Source of the DNA: Mytilus trossulus
Taxonomy: Eukaryota
Direction of reading: 5' to 3'
Assembly: GCF_036588685.1 (NCBI RefSeq)
Contig: NC_086383.1
Coordinates: forward strand, 56,296,001-56,360,000
Length of the DNA stretch: 64,000 nt
The position numbers and the translations under genes are program-made. Below the pieces are notes generated by a model, which worked only from the letters and a program-made list of their open reading frames with translations, was not told where the DNA came from and did no database searches. Positions 1-13,800 of the stretch are shown here, in pieces; the first letter of the stretch is position 1; each line of letters opens with the position of its first letter.

Positions 1-1569
1 GGATTGGTGGAACCATCGAAGTGGGAGAAGGTTCTGAGATTGGAACTAACAAACTCATCCATTTACCTATAAATGATAGCATTTTTGTAACTGACATCTT
101 AATAAGGTCCTATACTACAGCATACTGGCTATTTGATTTTCTGGAAAACGCAACCTCAGGTAAATTAATATACTCATAGTCAAACTTGGAAAAACTATAA
201 GTCGTTTCCTAACGGTTTAATCTCTATATAAAGATAAGTACATGTCATTTGATCGCTAATGGGACAAATATCCACTAAAACGTTCAATTAGTGTAGATGT
301 AGGCAATTGAAGCAACTGTTCAACAATGAAAAATATCCATAACATTGTATTACCGATATGAAAAGTATGAAACAATTTAAGGAAGAAACCCAATTGAGTT
401 TTTATAACAAAACAATTTACGAATAGCAAATGAGACAGGCACGTACAACGACAACCACTGCACTACAGGCACATTAATTTGGACACAAATATAAGTACTT
501 TAAACATGTTTGTGAGTGTAAAGATTAACAAGAAACACAAATACAGAGAGAACATGGAAGGGTATATTTCTAAATCACTGAAAACAAAATCAAACACCAC
601 GTATAGATCTGAAAGTACTCACAGTTCCTGACAGCTTATTCATAACCAATAAAAAGTAATGAAAAAATCAAAAATTTCAAAACTAACGTTTTTGAATCGT
701 GCTGTTTTGAATATCAAAATATTGAGGAACAGATATAAATTATTTATTTTGTACCTTTAATTAAGTATTGCAGCAGCCAATATTTTCACCGACAAAATAT
801 GGATTCAAATGACTATATCGCAGTTCTTGCAACTGAATGTAGTAAAGTCTTAAGTTTACAGTTTAATCCCATTGTAGCTCGTACAACTGATGGTACAGAT
901 GGGGTATCAGGGATTGATCCGGGAACAATAAACAAAACCGAAACAACTTTACCAGGATTTGTTTCAACGACAACAGGCAAAATAGAAACAACGACATCAG
1001 GACTTGATCTGACATTAACAAACACAACAGAAACAGCTACATCAGGATTTAGCCCTTCATCAATAAACACAACAGAAACAACTACACCCGGATTTTATCC
1101 GACATATATAAACACAACAGCATCAAGAACACCAGGATTATATCTGACATCGACAAATACCACAGAAACAACAACACCAGGATTTGTTCCTACAACAATA
1201 AGCGAAACCGAGACAACAACACAAGAATTCGCTCCGATATCAATAGACATGGTCACAGCAACAACATCCGGAACAACAAAAAGTATTGAAACAACATCAA
1301 CAACAACATCATGTATATGTCCATGTTATAACTCCACCTTGACCGATGATGTACTTATAACAAAGATTGCATTATTAAGATCAGAGTTGTTTGTGGATCC
1401 GAAACTAACAAGCAAGTACAAGCGATCACTTATATCAGCGGCAGATCATAGGGCATCATCAATGTACATCGGCACCTTCGGTATTGTTGTTTTAGTGGTT
1501 ATTTGCACCTTGATAGTTTTGATGGACCTTCAACACTGTGCTCGCTTTATATTTCAAAAAAAGAAATAA
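1..1569 (+). CDS. FAMeT-like (Methyltransf_FA) domain / Thr-rich stalk / single-pass membrane protein, copy 1 (5' part outside window)
   Basis: Exon <1-159 (…WIGGTIEVGEGSEIG…YWLFDF, donor CAG|GTAAAT, phase 1) joins in frame to exon 878-1569 (acceptor cccattgtag|). The last exon encodes TTET repeats, CICPC, the juxtamembrane LFVDPKLTSKYKRSLISAADHRASS motif and the TM helix IGTFGIVVLVVICTLIVLM. The ORF-track start at 799 is intronic. Confidence 0.8.
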
Positions 1570-3599
1570 TAATTCAGCACTTTTAAAAACTTTGATTCAT
1601 TATCAAAACTTATTTCACTGTTTTTGGCATCAATGCCAGATGATTCAGCAACATAAAGACACCATTATATTTGATATATTTGTATTTTTGGTATTTGATT
1701 TAACCAATATCATGAAGAGATAATTGATATTTTAGTGACTGTTTGTGATTGTTTCCAAATCCCTCCTCCGATCAACGATTGTGTAGTCGTCAATTTATGT
1801 TTCTTCAGTACTTAAAAGTCTTGGATCCAGTCGAGTTATAAACTATGGTCACCTGCTGGTGAAAAAAAAACCGCTATGAAAATTAATGAGGCAAGCATAC
1901 TGAGCTCCAATGAAAATTTATAACGACAATTCATTTATCAAATGGCAAAATCAAAAGCTCAAACACATCAAACGAGGGGAAAACAAGTGTCATTCATATT
2001 ATGACTTGGTACAGATATTTTCGTATGTAACCTGGTTTAATAGCTAGATTGTATAAAAGTAGCATAGCCTTCCATTTTAGCAAAAGATAGGAAAAAGTCG
2101 TGCATCTGCAACATATGAAACAGGTTTGATTATCATTTATAGATGTCAGAATAGGTGAGGTTGATGCATCTGAAGCTAAATTTTATATTTCTGATCTTCA
2201 GAGAGTTGATAATCAAATCAATTTTTGATATTAACATGTTTTAATATAAATAAAAGGTTGACATTTCAATATAGTTTTCTTTTCTTCAAGTATACGATAT
2301 TTTTATGTTACAGTACGTACTATTGCTAAAATCTATCCAAAAACACAATGCAAATTTATCAATGCATAACACCAGCGGAAACGTTTAAATCCAACATGCA
2401 TCAGACTGTAACTTCCTCATGAAGAAAACTCTTGCGGAATAATTGTTGCTTACCAATATAAAGTTGAACATTAATATATTATTATAGATCTGTGAATTGA
2501 AAGGAATCGAGAAAAGCTACATGGAAAAGATTTTCAGTGAACGAATTAATGCATAATATGCTATAGCCATTAAACATGTTACAGGTTATTTTTTGTAAAT
2601 GCACCTGCTTCCAGATTCACCGCGTTTGATGACCTTTTCTTTAAGTACAAATTATTCAGTCGTTAATTTTCAAACCATACTGGATAAAACTCATTTATGT
2701 TGGTCTCATACTGGTAATTGGTAATCTTTAAACAGATTTAGTGCTATAAAAGGTAAGCGCCGGTGAATTAAAGCTCTCGAGATAAAAAGTGATGCCCTAC
2801 AATATATTTATTCTAGTGTATAAGATGTTTAGTCCAGCAATAGAGTCCACCGTTGAACAAAAAATATCGTAGGATGCTGCTGTAAAATATAGCGTTTACC
2901 ATTATCAAATATTTTTAGAGCTCAAGGGAACAATACACAGTTAGAAAAAAAACTTTAAATTGAAAATAAAAAGGTTTAAACACCTTCTTTTCCATCCTTT
3001 CTAACAAATAAGGATTTATTTTTGTGTTATGCGTGTGTATATCTTTAGAAAGAGAATCTTCCAAAGATTTGATTTAATGAAAAAGTATCTCTTTTTGGTG
3101 TTGCCATGGCAAAAATCTGCATTTATTATGAACAAAATATTGCAAAAAAAGGAGGTCAACATGTCACAAAAGTCTCAAAAATATGGTCCAAAGGAGAATT
3201 ACAAGTAATTACAGTGATACCTTTCCTGAAACCATATGTATATACCTATCAAGAGGTCACAAAAAAACATGCATTTCTGCTCGTTTTTCCATAAAATTGA
3301 ATATAAGAGATCAAGCGTCAAAGCCTTGTTGATAAATACTACAATAATTTATTGACCTATGGGCAGTACGGATAGGAAAATACATTCTGTCAAACATTTA
3401 AATGGCATATAAAACATGCTAAAAACAATTTAAATGTTCATATAAACTCACTAAGAAGGTTAAATTATTCTTCAATTATCTTAAAATCATTTTTTTTACA
3501 AAAACTTTCATATTTAAAAAAATCAACATGGCCATAATGCGAAACTAAACTTCTAACTGTGTATTGCTACCTAACATGCAAAGTAAAGCACTGTTCAAA

Positions 3600-4115
3600 G
3601 ACATATCACAATATGATATTCCTGTGCTTGCATTTCCTGTCATGGTTTTCTTGATAGAGGGTTGCTGCTCACACGCTATTAAACCAAGAGTTCCAAACGG
3701 TGAAGTTGAAATATTCCCTTCGTAAATTCTACGGACGCCATCACGAGTTGGTTTACTGTTATGGATTAACCGTTTTACAAATGATATCAGTTATGTTCCT
3801 TACGTCGTAACTACAAACCCCTTACCTTTCATGAATGTGACCTACCGAATTAGATTATTTACCGGCTTTTTTTATCACATAAGCAACACGACGGGTGCCA
3901 CATGTGGAGCAGGATCTGCTTACCCTTTCATAACACCTGTGATCACCTCTAGTTTTTGGTGGGGTTCGTGTTGCTTATTCTTTAGTTTTTTATGTTGTGT
4001 CATGTGTACTACTATTTGTCTGTTAGGTTTTTTTCATTTTTAGCCATGGCGTTGTCACCATATTTTCGATTTATGAGTTTGACTGTCCCTTGAGTATCTT
4101 TTGTCCCTCTTTTAA
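3600..4115 (+). mobile_element. Decayed retroelement RT C-terminal (thumb) fragment, Penelope-like, joined to an abundant dispersed repeat
   Basis: Disrupted translation YSCACISCHGFLDRGLLLT/LLNQEFQTVKLKYSLRKFYGRHHELV resembles the SQLIRYxRAC…KLLxQG region of bivalve PLE-type RTs. The downstream part recurs at 21590-21735 and, reversed, at 11540-11605. Confidence 0.55.
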
Positions 4116-5056
4116 AGTTCCTGATGTGAAAACACCTGAGTTCAATATCAAGAGCTGATAATATATGAAGCCATGAGCTACAGATTTCAGCGTCCGCTGT
4201 GATGATTTTAAAATTTGATATTGTTGATGTAAATTATATTTTGTCAAGCTCAAGAGATGTCCAATTGGCGTTAAATATACATATTACAATGCGAGAGATA
4301 GAAGTACAGTGTCAGGATGTGGTCCAGCGTAAAAGCTGTAAATTCAGGCGCTGAAGATGTAAAGTCTGGCACTGAAGATGTAAACTCAAGTATAGAGTAT
4401 GTTAACTTCAGTACTGTAGATAAAAGGTAAAAGTAATGCGCGGAAGATATTTGCTCTAGCAATGCTTATATAAAATAATGCGCTAAAAAATTTAAATTCC
4501 GTATTGGATAGACATAAAGTCCACTGCAGTGCTACATATACACAGGTCAAGTGACATAAATATAAACACAAGTGCTATAAAGTCTTACGTTGGAGATATA
4601 AACTCTAGTTAAGTACTTTTATGTGTCTTTTTTTATTTCAATCAATAAAAAAAAATGATAAGGATTTTTTTTCTGTCTAAATTTTAGAGTACCGAATGCG
4701 TACAAGACTGATGATCTGTGCAACGAGTATAACCAAACCGATAAAGACGAAGTTGTTGATTATTAGTATTTGCAAACCCTTCCTGTGATGTCAATCTATT
4801 TACCGTGGTTTCTTTTAAGGTGATAAAATAGTTATTCTTTTTAATAATGAATAACATATTATCCATTGCTCCTCTTTCATTGAAAACTTGTCCCGATTGG
4901 ACTGCGTTTTAATCAATATCATAAATCAATATCTGTAAACGTCGTTCAGGTTTGAATACGTATTGGATAAGCAAGCAGCTTTTTGTGATTTATAAGTATA
5001 GCATTCCTAAAAAGTAAAATCACAAAAATACTGAAATCAGAGGAAAATATAATAAC

Positions 5057-8000
5057 ATGATGATCCTGAAATTGAACATACTATATATTAACTTTGTTTT
5101 ATCCGTATATTCAGGTACGTAAACATATTTTGAAATAATTATTTGCTTTACGGATTGTAAATAAAGATGTAAATCTCGTCTTTTGTATATCCTGAATGAA
5201 TTTTTTGACACTAAATAAAAGTATAAATATATGATTAAGTTGAAAAAAACTCTCAGTACCGTCAATCGTCAAACGTCAGGTTTTCTCTACTGTTATCGTC
5301 AAATAAGTCCTTCATGTTATCTTAAAATCGTGTTTTTGATACACTGTTTTCATCAAAGGAACATCAATAATCCTTAAAATGTTTCAAGGGCGGCGCAAAT
5401 CTAATATTGATCATCATGTAGAAGTATTTGATTTAGACCTTTAATCGTAATGTTGTTTTTTGTTAGGATTGAAAGATTTAAAGTAATCAAAGTTTGAAAT
5501 CCTGTTACATAGATATAGGAAGATGTGGTGTGAGTGCCAATGAGACAACTCTCCATCAAAATAACAATTTAAAAAGTAAACCATTATAGGTTAAAGTACG
5601 GCCTTCAACACGTAGCCTTGGCTCACACCGAACAGTAAGCTATAAAGGGCCCCAAAAATACTAGTGTAAAACCATTCAAACGGGAAAACCAACGGTCTAA
5701 TGTCTACATGTCTACGTATTTGTCAAATGTCAGATATTAATATGCAGTATTATGCCTTGGCTTGAAAAAAAGTAACTTTCTAGTGGGTATTATAAAAGTA
5801 CCATGCTGGTCTAGCTGGTGACTATTGAGCCTCTTCCTTTTTTTTTTATTGTTAATTACTTGACAGTTGTTATAGTGGTTATGTTATTACCAGACCAAAT
5901 ATTTCATGATTATTTGATAATTCGATAATCTAGAACTGGATTTTTGATTAATTTTTTTTTCTAAATAATTATCATGTGATTTTATTGGAAACAACTTTGT
6001 GATTGTGATTACTTGGACACCACTATGAGTTGCCTTACTATTTGTGTACAAGGGGTTAGGAAATGAATCTTCTGGAAAGAATTACGAAAACAAAATAATT
6101 TGGCCAAAGACACGATATATATAACAGAGAATATTGAATATCCTTGCCCACAAATGCAGATTAATTCTTTTAAGTATAGAACGAAAGCTCGTAAATATTC
6201 TGTCAAAAAAGAAATTCCGTCACAGAAATACAATTTAGCAGATAGTTTGAAAAGCATAAATTATTAAACAATTAAAAGTCTGACAACCGAAGAGGTATAA
6301 ACATAAAATCTTAAATTAAGTATTGTTAGATTTTCTCTTTGATAGTTAATGAACTAGAAATTCACTGACGGAATGTTTCCATTTAATCAGACATCATTTG
6401 CCCGTGGTAATTTGTGTATAATCTATTATATATTTTTTTTCCTTCTAGATATCAATATTACTACGGAAAATATGGTAAGGAAATCCCTACACCAACAAGG
6501 AATGGACATTCAAAATTCAACGTCAATATATTTAAAGGTGAAGACCAGTGGAACAGCGTCGATTGCTCTGCAGGCGAATAATTCTAGGACAAATTATGAA
6601 GTGTACAAAGTGTTTCTTAGACAAGACCATATTTTAATAAGCAACAAATTGGAAAAGCAACATACCAATGTCACCTGGTCAGAACTCCAATGTAACTGTT
6701 ACGTATCTTTATGGGTTTCATGGATTGGTGGAACCATCGAAGTGGGAGAAGATTCTGAGATTGGAACTAACAGGTTCACCGGTCTACCTATAAATGATAG
6801 CATCGCTGTTACTGACATTTTGATAAAGTCCTATACTACACCATACTGGCTATTTGATTTTCTTGAAAACTCAACCTCAGGTAAATTAATATACTCATGA
6901 TCAAACTCGGAAAGACTATAACTTAAAGTTGTTTCCTAACGTTTTAATCTCGATATAAGTACATGTCATTTGATCGCTAATGAGACAAATAGCCACTAAA
7001 ACGTTCAATTAGTGTAGATGTAGGCAATTGAAGCAACTGTTCAACAATGAAAAATATCCATAACATTGTATTACCGATATGAAAAGTATGAAACAATTTA
7101 ATGAAGAAACCAAATTGAGTTTTTATAACAAAACAATTTACGAATAGCAAATGAGACAGACACGTACAACGACAACCACTGCACTACAGGCTCATTAATT
7201 TGGACACAAAGATAAGGACTTTAAACATGTTTGTGAGTGTAAAGATTAACAAGAAACACAAATATAGAGAGGAAATGGAAGGGTATATTTCTAAATCACT
7301 AAAAACAAAAACAAACACCACGTATAGATCTGAAAGTACTCACAGTTCCTGCCAGCTTATGCATAACCAATAACATGTAAGGAAAAAAATCAAAAATTTC
7401 AAAACTAATGTTTTTGAATCGTGCTGTTTTGAATATCAAAATATTGAGGAACATATATAAATTATTTATTGTGTGCCTTTAATGAAATATTGCAGCAGCC
7501 AATATTTTCACCGACAAAATATCGATTCAAATGACTATATCGCAGTTCTTGCAACTGAATGTAGTAAAGTATTAAGTTTACAGTTAAATCCTATTGTAGC
7601 TCGTACAACTGATGGTACAAATGGGGCCTCAGGGATTGATCCGGACACAATAAACAAAACCGAAACAACTTTACCAGGATTTGTTTCAACGACAATAGGC
7701 AAAATAGAAACAACAACATCAGGATTTGATCCGACTTCAATAAATATAGAAGAAACAACTGCATCCAGATTAAGCCCTTCATCAATAAACACAACAGAAA
7801 CAACTACACCCGGATCTTATCCGACATCTATATAACAACAGCATCAAGAACACCAGGATTATATCTGACATCGACATATACCACAGAAACAACAACACCA
7901 GGATTTGTTCCTACAACAATAAGCGAAACCGAAACAACAACACCAGAATTTGCTCCGATATCAAAAGACATGGTCACAGCAACAACATCCGGAACAACAA

Positions 8001-8290
8001 AATGTATTGAAACAACATCAACAACAACATCATGTATATGTCTATGTAATAACTCCACCTTGACCGAGGATGAACTTATAACAAAGATTGCATTATTAAG
8101 ATCAGAGTTGTTTGTGGATCCGAAACTAACAAGCAAGTACAAGCGATCACTTACATCAGCATCAGATGATAGGCCATCCTCGAAGTACATCGGCACCTTT
8201 GGTATTGTTGTTTTAGTGGTTATTTGCAGTTTGGTAGTTCTGATGGACTTTCAACACTATGCTCCCGATATGTTTAAAAAAAAGAAATAA
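5057..8290 (+). pseudogene. Copy 2 of the FAMeT-like membrane protein gene; frameshifted (truncated/secreted form or pseudogene)
   Basis: Putative signal-peptide exon 5057-5114 (MMILKLNILYINFVLSVYS, phase 1). Domain exon 6449-6880 (LKVKTSGTASIAL…CNCYVSLWVSWIGGTIEVG…YWLF, FAMeT-like pattern). Last exon 7600-8290 has a 1-nt deletion relative to copy 1 giving TAA at 7833-7835; the TM segment persists in another frame (ORF 7970-8290). Confidence 0.75.
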
Positions 8291-10221
8291 TAATTCAGCA
8301 CTAGTAAAAACTTTAATTCATGCCCTTATAGATTCATTTTAAAACTTATTTCGATGTTTTTGGCATCAATGTCAGAAGATTAAGCAACAGAAAGACAACT
8401 TTATATTTGATAAATTTGTATTTTTGCATTTAATTTAACCAATAACATAAAAAGGATCATTGATATTTCAGTGACTGTTTGTGATTGTTTACTTTTCGGA
8501 GCTTATTTTTTAATATGTTTGTGTTTATTTTTGTGTTATTGAAGAATTAATATTGGTTTTTGTTGATTTGTTGTGTTTTTTTGTTGTTGTCTGTTCGTGT
8601 GATTTGCTAACATTGATATAAACGACAAAATTTGGAATTGTATGAATGGCAATCACAGGATAAGTAACCTTTTGTTAATAGTTCGTACATTGTCTTAACA
8701 ATAGTAACAATACAGTTGGTGCTTAAAAATGTAACCGGTTATTGACAATTTAGCTCAACCTTTGGTTAAAAACTTGACAGACAATTTGCCTTAATTAGAA
8801 TAGGCTAGAACATGTACAATTTTATCATACAATTAGCCATACAATAAGTTGGGATATTGGCAGACAGTTATTCTCCATTTAATCAAAATATAGGGAGAAC
8901 TCGAGCATCTGCACTTTTGAGGTTGTCACATATAAAACTTGTTTGATTATCATTTATAGATATCAGAATAGGTGAGGTTGGTGCATCTGAAGCTAAATTT
9001 TATATTTCTGTTTCAGAGAGTTGATAATCAAATCAATTTTCGATATTAACATGTTTTAATATAATAAAAGGTTTACATTACAATATAGTTTTTTTTTCTT
9101 CAAATATACGTCAGTACAGACTATTGCTTAAACCTTTCCGAAAACACAATGCAAATTTATCAAATGAATAACACTCGCAGAAACTTTTAAAACTAACATG
9201 CATCAAACTGTAACTTCCACGTGAATTTACAGATCAAACATTGTTGGATTGATGTTTAGACGAGTTGAAAAATACGTTCAAACCTATGATTGCGTTGGAT
9301 AAAATTTACATATATAATATAAATATGGCAGCAACAATTAGAAAGTTTTTGTCATATAAAATTTAGGAGAATATACGAATAAAATATAGTCGCAACCAGA
9401 TGAAGCAAAAATGGAAAAGATTTTCAGTGAACGAATAAATGCATATAATGCAATAGCCAATAAAGGTTAATTTGTTAAATGCACCTGCTTCCGGATTCAA
9501 CGCGTGTAATGACATTTTATATAAGTTCAAATCATTTTTTAACCATACTAAAAAAGTCTCATACTGATAACTGGTCATTTTAAACAGATTAAGTACTGAA
9601 AAAGATAATCGTCGGTTAATTAAAACTCTCGAGATAAAACGCGCCGATCCACAATATATTTATTCTAGCGTAGAAAATGTTTAGTCTAGCAATTAAGTCC
9701 ACCGTTGAACAAGAAATATCTTACGATGCTGCTATACAATATAGCACTTGTCATTATCAAACCTTCAGAGATGTAAAGTAAAGAAAGCACTGAAGATATC
9801 AATTACAGTGAGAAGTAAACACTGGCACCAGCGAGTGCAAAAATCAACTACTTCATGTTGCGAGTTAATTGTCAATTTGCCGTTTTTAAGAGCAAATACA
9901 ATGTACCGCTGTGCCCATTACTATTTGAAAGGCACCAGACGAATGTATGTAAGAATAACACTGTAAACTTACTGATATATAATTCATGACCATATGTACA
10001 TGGTCCAAATACTCATATGATCCAGGACATATATAAATAACTTCTGGTTTGTTTGTTGTAGATTCATACGCACCCAGGCATATGGTCTTAATTTTGATCT
10101 AGATTATTTATCAAATTCAATCTTAAGCCACAAAAGTCAATTTGTGCCAGTACAAAAATCAAAATTCAAAACGTATTTATCTTATTCATTAAATATATAA
10201 TAGTATTGAATTAACCTATTC

Positions 10222-10405
10222 CTTTCGGGTCATTGTAATAAGCTATTCCGTTTGGATAATTATATTATAACGATTGTATTATATTTTCTGTTCGGATCAT
10301 TACAATAAGCTTTATTTCGTTCGGGCCATTGTAATAAGTTTTTTTTCGTTCGGATCATTGTAGTTAACGTTTCTAGTCGGATTATTGCAGTTAGCTATTT
10401 CATTC
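10222..10405. repeat. Degenerate ~29-bp minisatellite just 3' of the PH gene stop
   Basis: About 6 units of ttcggRtcattgtaataagct. Confidence 0.7.
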
Positions 10406-10417
10406 AGTTCTTTTAAG

Positions 10418-10852
10418 TTAACTGCACGGTTCATCTTTTTCATTTTTCTTCCTCTTTAATCTTTTTTCATATTCCTTTTTCAGAAATTCATATTGCCTTT
10501 TCATAACTTCATAACTTGAATGAGAGAGTGACGTGATCCATGATTTCATCTCTGATTCCGAGCTTGCTTCGAGCAAGTATCGTCTACCTTCCGTACCAGT
10601 CGATGGCGAAATTTCGAAAACTAATCCTGAATAGTCCGCAGCTCTCTTTGCAATCACACCCTCAAGAATGATAACTCCGTGCGGTTTTTTGTCATTCATT
10701 TTCTCGAAATAAAATAACATATTTCTTTTCAGCACAAACCATCGTCTTAAAAAGTTTCCATTTTCACCTTTCTTCCATAAAAATCCTTGTCTTGTGATCG
10801 GTACTGTGATAGAGGCCGCAATATATGTCAAGATACCATCGTCAATTCTCAT
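10418..10852 (-). CDS. Sesquipedalian/PHETA (FAM109/IPIP27)-like PH-domain protein, intronless, 144 aa
   Basis: GFLWKKG…RRWFVLKRNMLFYFE…GVIILEG…YLLEASSESEMKSWITSLSHSSYEVMK follows the Ses/IPIP27 PH domain plus start of the coiled coil. No C-terminal F&H motif. Confidence 0.85.
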   Translation of the reverse strand: MRIDDGILTYIAASITVPITRQGFLWKKGENGNFLRRWFVLKRNMLFYFEKMNDKKPHGVIILEGVIAKRAADYSGLVFEISPSTGTEGRRYLLEASSESEMKSWITSLSHSSYEVMKRQYEFLKKEYEKRLKRKKNEKDEPCS

Positions 10853-13800
10853 TTTGTAATAACCCGAATGATCCAGTCGTTATATTACGATAACTTCGAT
10901 CACTCCTCAAGAAAAGTAGTGGATAGAGAGCGCTGAATTATTCGAGTTAATTTTGTAACAAAATTAACACTGATCTTTCATAGTTTACTAAATAAAATGC
11001 TTTATTTTTCTTTTGTATGTTAATTGTAAAACATCTGTGTTATATAAATATGTCCTATTTTGTAAATTGAGAATATTACATCCGCATACTTATTAAAAGG
11101 CAAACTTCCATGATCGGATTAACTTAAGCTGTGTTATTTTATTTTGATCTTGTGGTTAATAGATATATGGATTAAAATTGTATACGCCAGACTTTAAAAA
11201 AACTTATCACTGACGTTCGAATCGAATAAGTAAAAAAAAAAAAAAATCTGAATTTAAGTCTGAATGGGGTTAATAAAGACAGACAATATAAAAAAGAAGA
11301 GAAATAAACAAAACAAATAAAGAATAGAGAATAATGAAAAAACAGGTACATTATAAATCGTACGGTACTGGAAAAAGTTATGAATAAATATGAAAGGTGC
11401 ATCAAGACATTTCCATCACTCTTAATTCATAAAACACCAAACGATTAAAGACAATAACAATCAAAACCAAGGAGTAGACAAAGACTCGTAAAACCAAAAG
11501 ACATTTACATCAACAGTTATAAATAAAAATAAGAAACAACACAAACTCCACTAAAAACCGGGAGTAAAATCAGGTGCTCCGGAAGGGTAAGCATCTCCTG
11601 CACCTTATATAAAAAGATATATAACAATTGCGTCCATCTTGAATAATAATCATGAGACTGTATAATGGACTAGATTAGTTGAAACTAAAACAGGAAAAAG
11701 AAGCACTTTCGATGCTAATACAATTTACATTTCTGTATAAACCATTGCCGTGCTACGCTCTTATATCAGTGGCTGTACTGTAGAGACGTCTTGTCATGTA
11801 ATGTTGTTATATTTATCATTGTAATAAAAGCACGAGGTTTCCACCATTTTTCTTAAAATGTCCTGTACCAATTTAGGAAAATGGCAGTTTTTATCTTATA
11901 TTTCGTTTCTGTGTGTATTATATAGTCGTTTGTTTTTTTGTTGCACTTTAGTGATTCTGTCGTTCATTTGTTTTCCTCTTATAGCTGATGTGTTTCCCTA
12001 TGTTTTAATTTGTATTCTCTCAATCGCTTTATGGCTTTCGAACAGCTTTATACTACTGTTGCCTTTATTTGTGAGTGTTTTTTAAAGCCAGCAAAATGTC
12101 AAGGCGTGAGGACGTTCTCGTGTTAGTCGTTCCCCGTTCAGCTGTGGCTGTCAATAAATTTCAACTCTTTCACATCGTCCTTCAATTTAATTGCATGTTA
12201 TAGAAGATTGCCGGGTGTGTACATTTAGCTAGTGCAAACTTTTGGTATTATATTATGTATGTTTGTTTTGTTCACACATCGTTGTCAATTTGATGGAATT
12301 TGTAATCCGTTCGTTTGATGCGCTTGAGCTTTTCCTTTTGTCATTTGATTAGGGACTTTCTGTTTTGAAATTTCCTCATAGTAAATATTTTGTTAATTTT
12401 AAATTTTAGACCATGGTACATTTGTGGGCTCTACTAAACCCCCAATAGCATCACTGTGTCGTCTAACTAGGTCGTACTGACCATGAATGAAATAATTCAA
12501 ACAAATTTGAAAAATCAATGAATCTATAAAGAAAACATCAACCACCACTATATCTCTGTGATAAAATACGTCTTCACCAATTTATAATAACTACTTATCC
12601 ATGTGTCAGGAATTAAAGTTCACTGATATATTAAATGTCTCTGCTAGCAAAGTCATAGTTTGATTGGTTTTACTTCAGTACCAGTATTGTGCTATTTCGT
12701 TGCGGCTAGTTAAGGGACCGAACTTTGATAGGAAACCTGACAAACCTATCCAAGTAAGGTAGCACTCTAGTTAGAAAATAAAATTAAAAATGAACAACAA
12801 AATGTTTTATCATCTCCTATTCCTGGATTTCTAATACATTAACATAACTGTTTGTGTTGTACATGTGCATATGTATGTACTCCTTCCATAGATTTGATTT
12901 TCAAAAGTTAAAAGGGTGAAATTATAATTTCTTGGCATTTTGCATTTATTTACAATAAAAATAAAGTTAACGACTAAGGATGACGATGACGACGGACGAC
13001 GGACACCAAGTGATGAGAAAAGCTCACTTGGCCCTTCGGGCCAGGTGAGCTAATAACACTTCATAAAGAGACCAAGTGACACCAAAAATAACCATATAGC
13101 ATAAGTTAACTAGACATTTACCTGAAGCTTTGAATTAAAGTTGCTGAGGAAAACACAACAGAATTGTTTAACACACAGACCAACAGAGGTAAAGCCAGTA
13201 TGCCAAAGTATAAATGTTTTAAAGACTTGTATGCAGATTTTGAAAAGTGCAAAATCAAAAGTTTACCTACATTAAAGAAAATTCTGAATGCATCGAAAGC
13301 GTCAAACATTGCTATATGTTTTCTGTGTTTTTAAGAGGATAGCATGAGATGGAATTTCAATAAAAAAAACTACATAAATAATAGTATTTTAATACATTTA
13401 AGTGATAACAATTTAATTATATATAATATAAATATATTTATATTAATATTTAACTTAAAAATACTGAAGACATACATACGAATGAAACACATTGGCCTTC
13501 TCAAAAAGAGTTCAAAATAAACAGCTAAACTTGAAAGTTCTTTTTGTTCTTTAGATATATATGTCCCCTAAAAGTTCTATGCATATCTTGTGCTTGACTG
13601 CTTTAAAACAGCTGAGCCTCAAAGTTCTTGTTTATTCTATTTATAATCATCCTGGTTACATAAAATAGCTGTCTGGTCTTAATTAGGAGCTACTAAATTC
13701 AGTTGAATGTGAGGGTGTATGTGGGGGAGAGTAAAAAGGTCAGATTCATTGGGGCAAAATTACTCAAACGTTCATTTGTGGTAGGGTATTTTGGAAGTAC

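Larger units (their letters stand above)
1..9760 (+). repeat. Tandem segmental duplication, unit offset ~6.72 kb
   Basis: 1-1760 aligns to 6722-8490 including the intron; 2120-2420 to 8935-9220; 2520-2910 to 9410-9760. Confidence 0.92.

Noticed and set aside
769-877. NAGNAG acceptor at 773/776 and ATG 799 as start of the last exon
   Set aside because: Wrong phase for the upstream phase-1 donor (leads to a stop). The acceptor at 877 gives the correct frame in both copies.
813-8196. Minus-strand Val-rich ORFs (813-1070, 7535-7792, 7828-8196)
   Set aside because: Antisense shadows of Thr-rich (ACA) coding exons.
10222-10405. Short repeats resembling a CRISPR array (also 60140-60310, 4330-4410)
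   Set aside because: Degenerate tandem units without unique spacers, in eukaryotic DNA with no cas genes.
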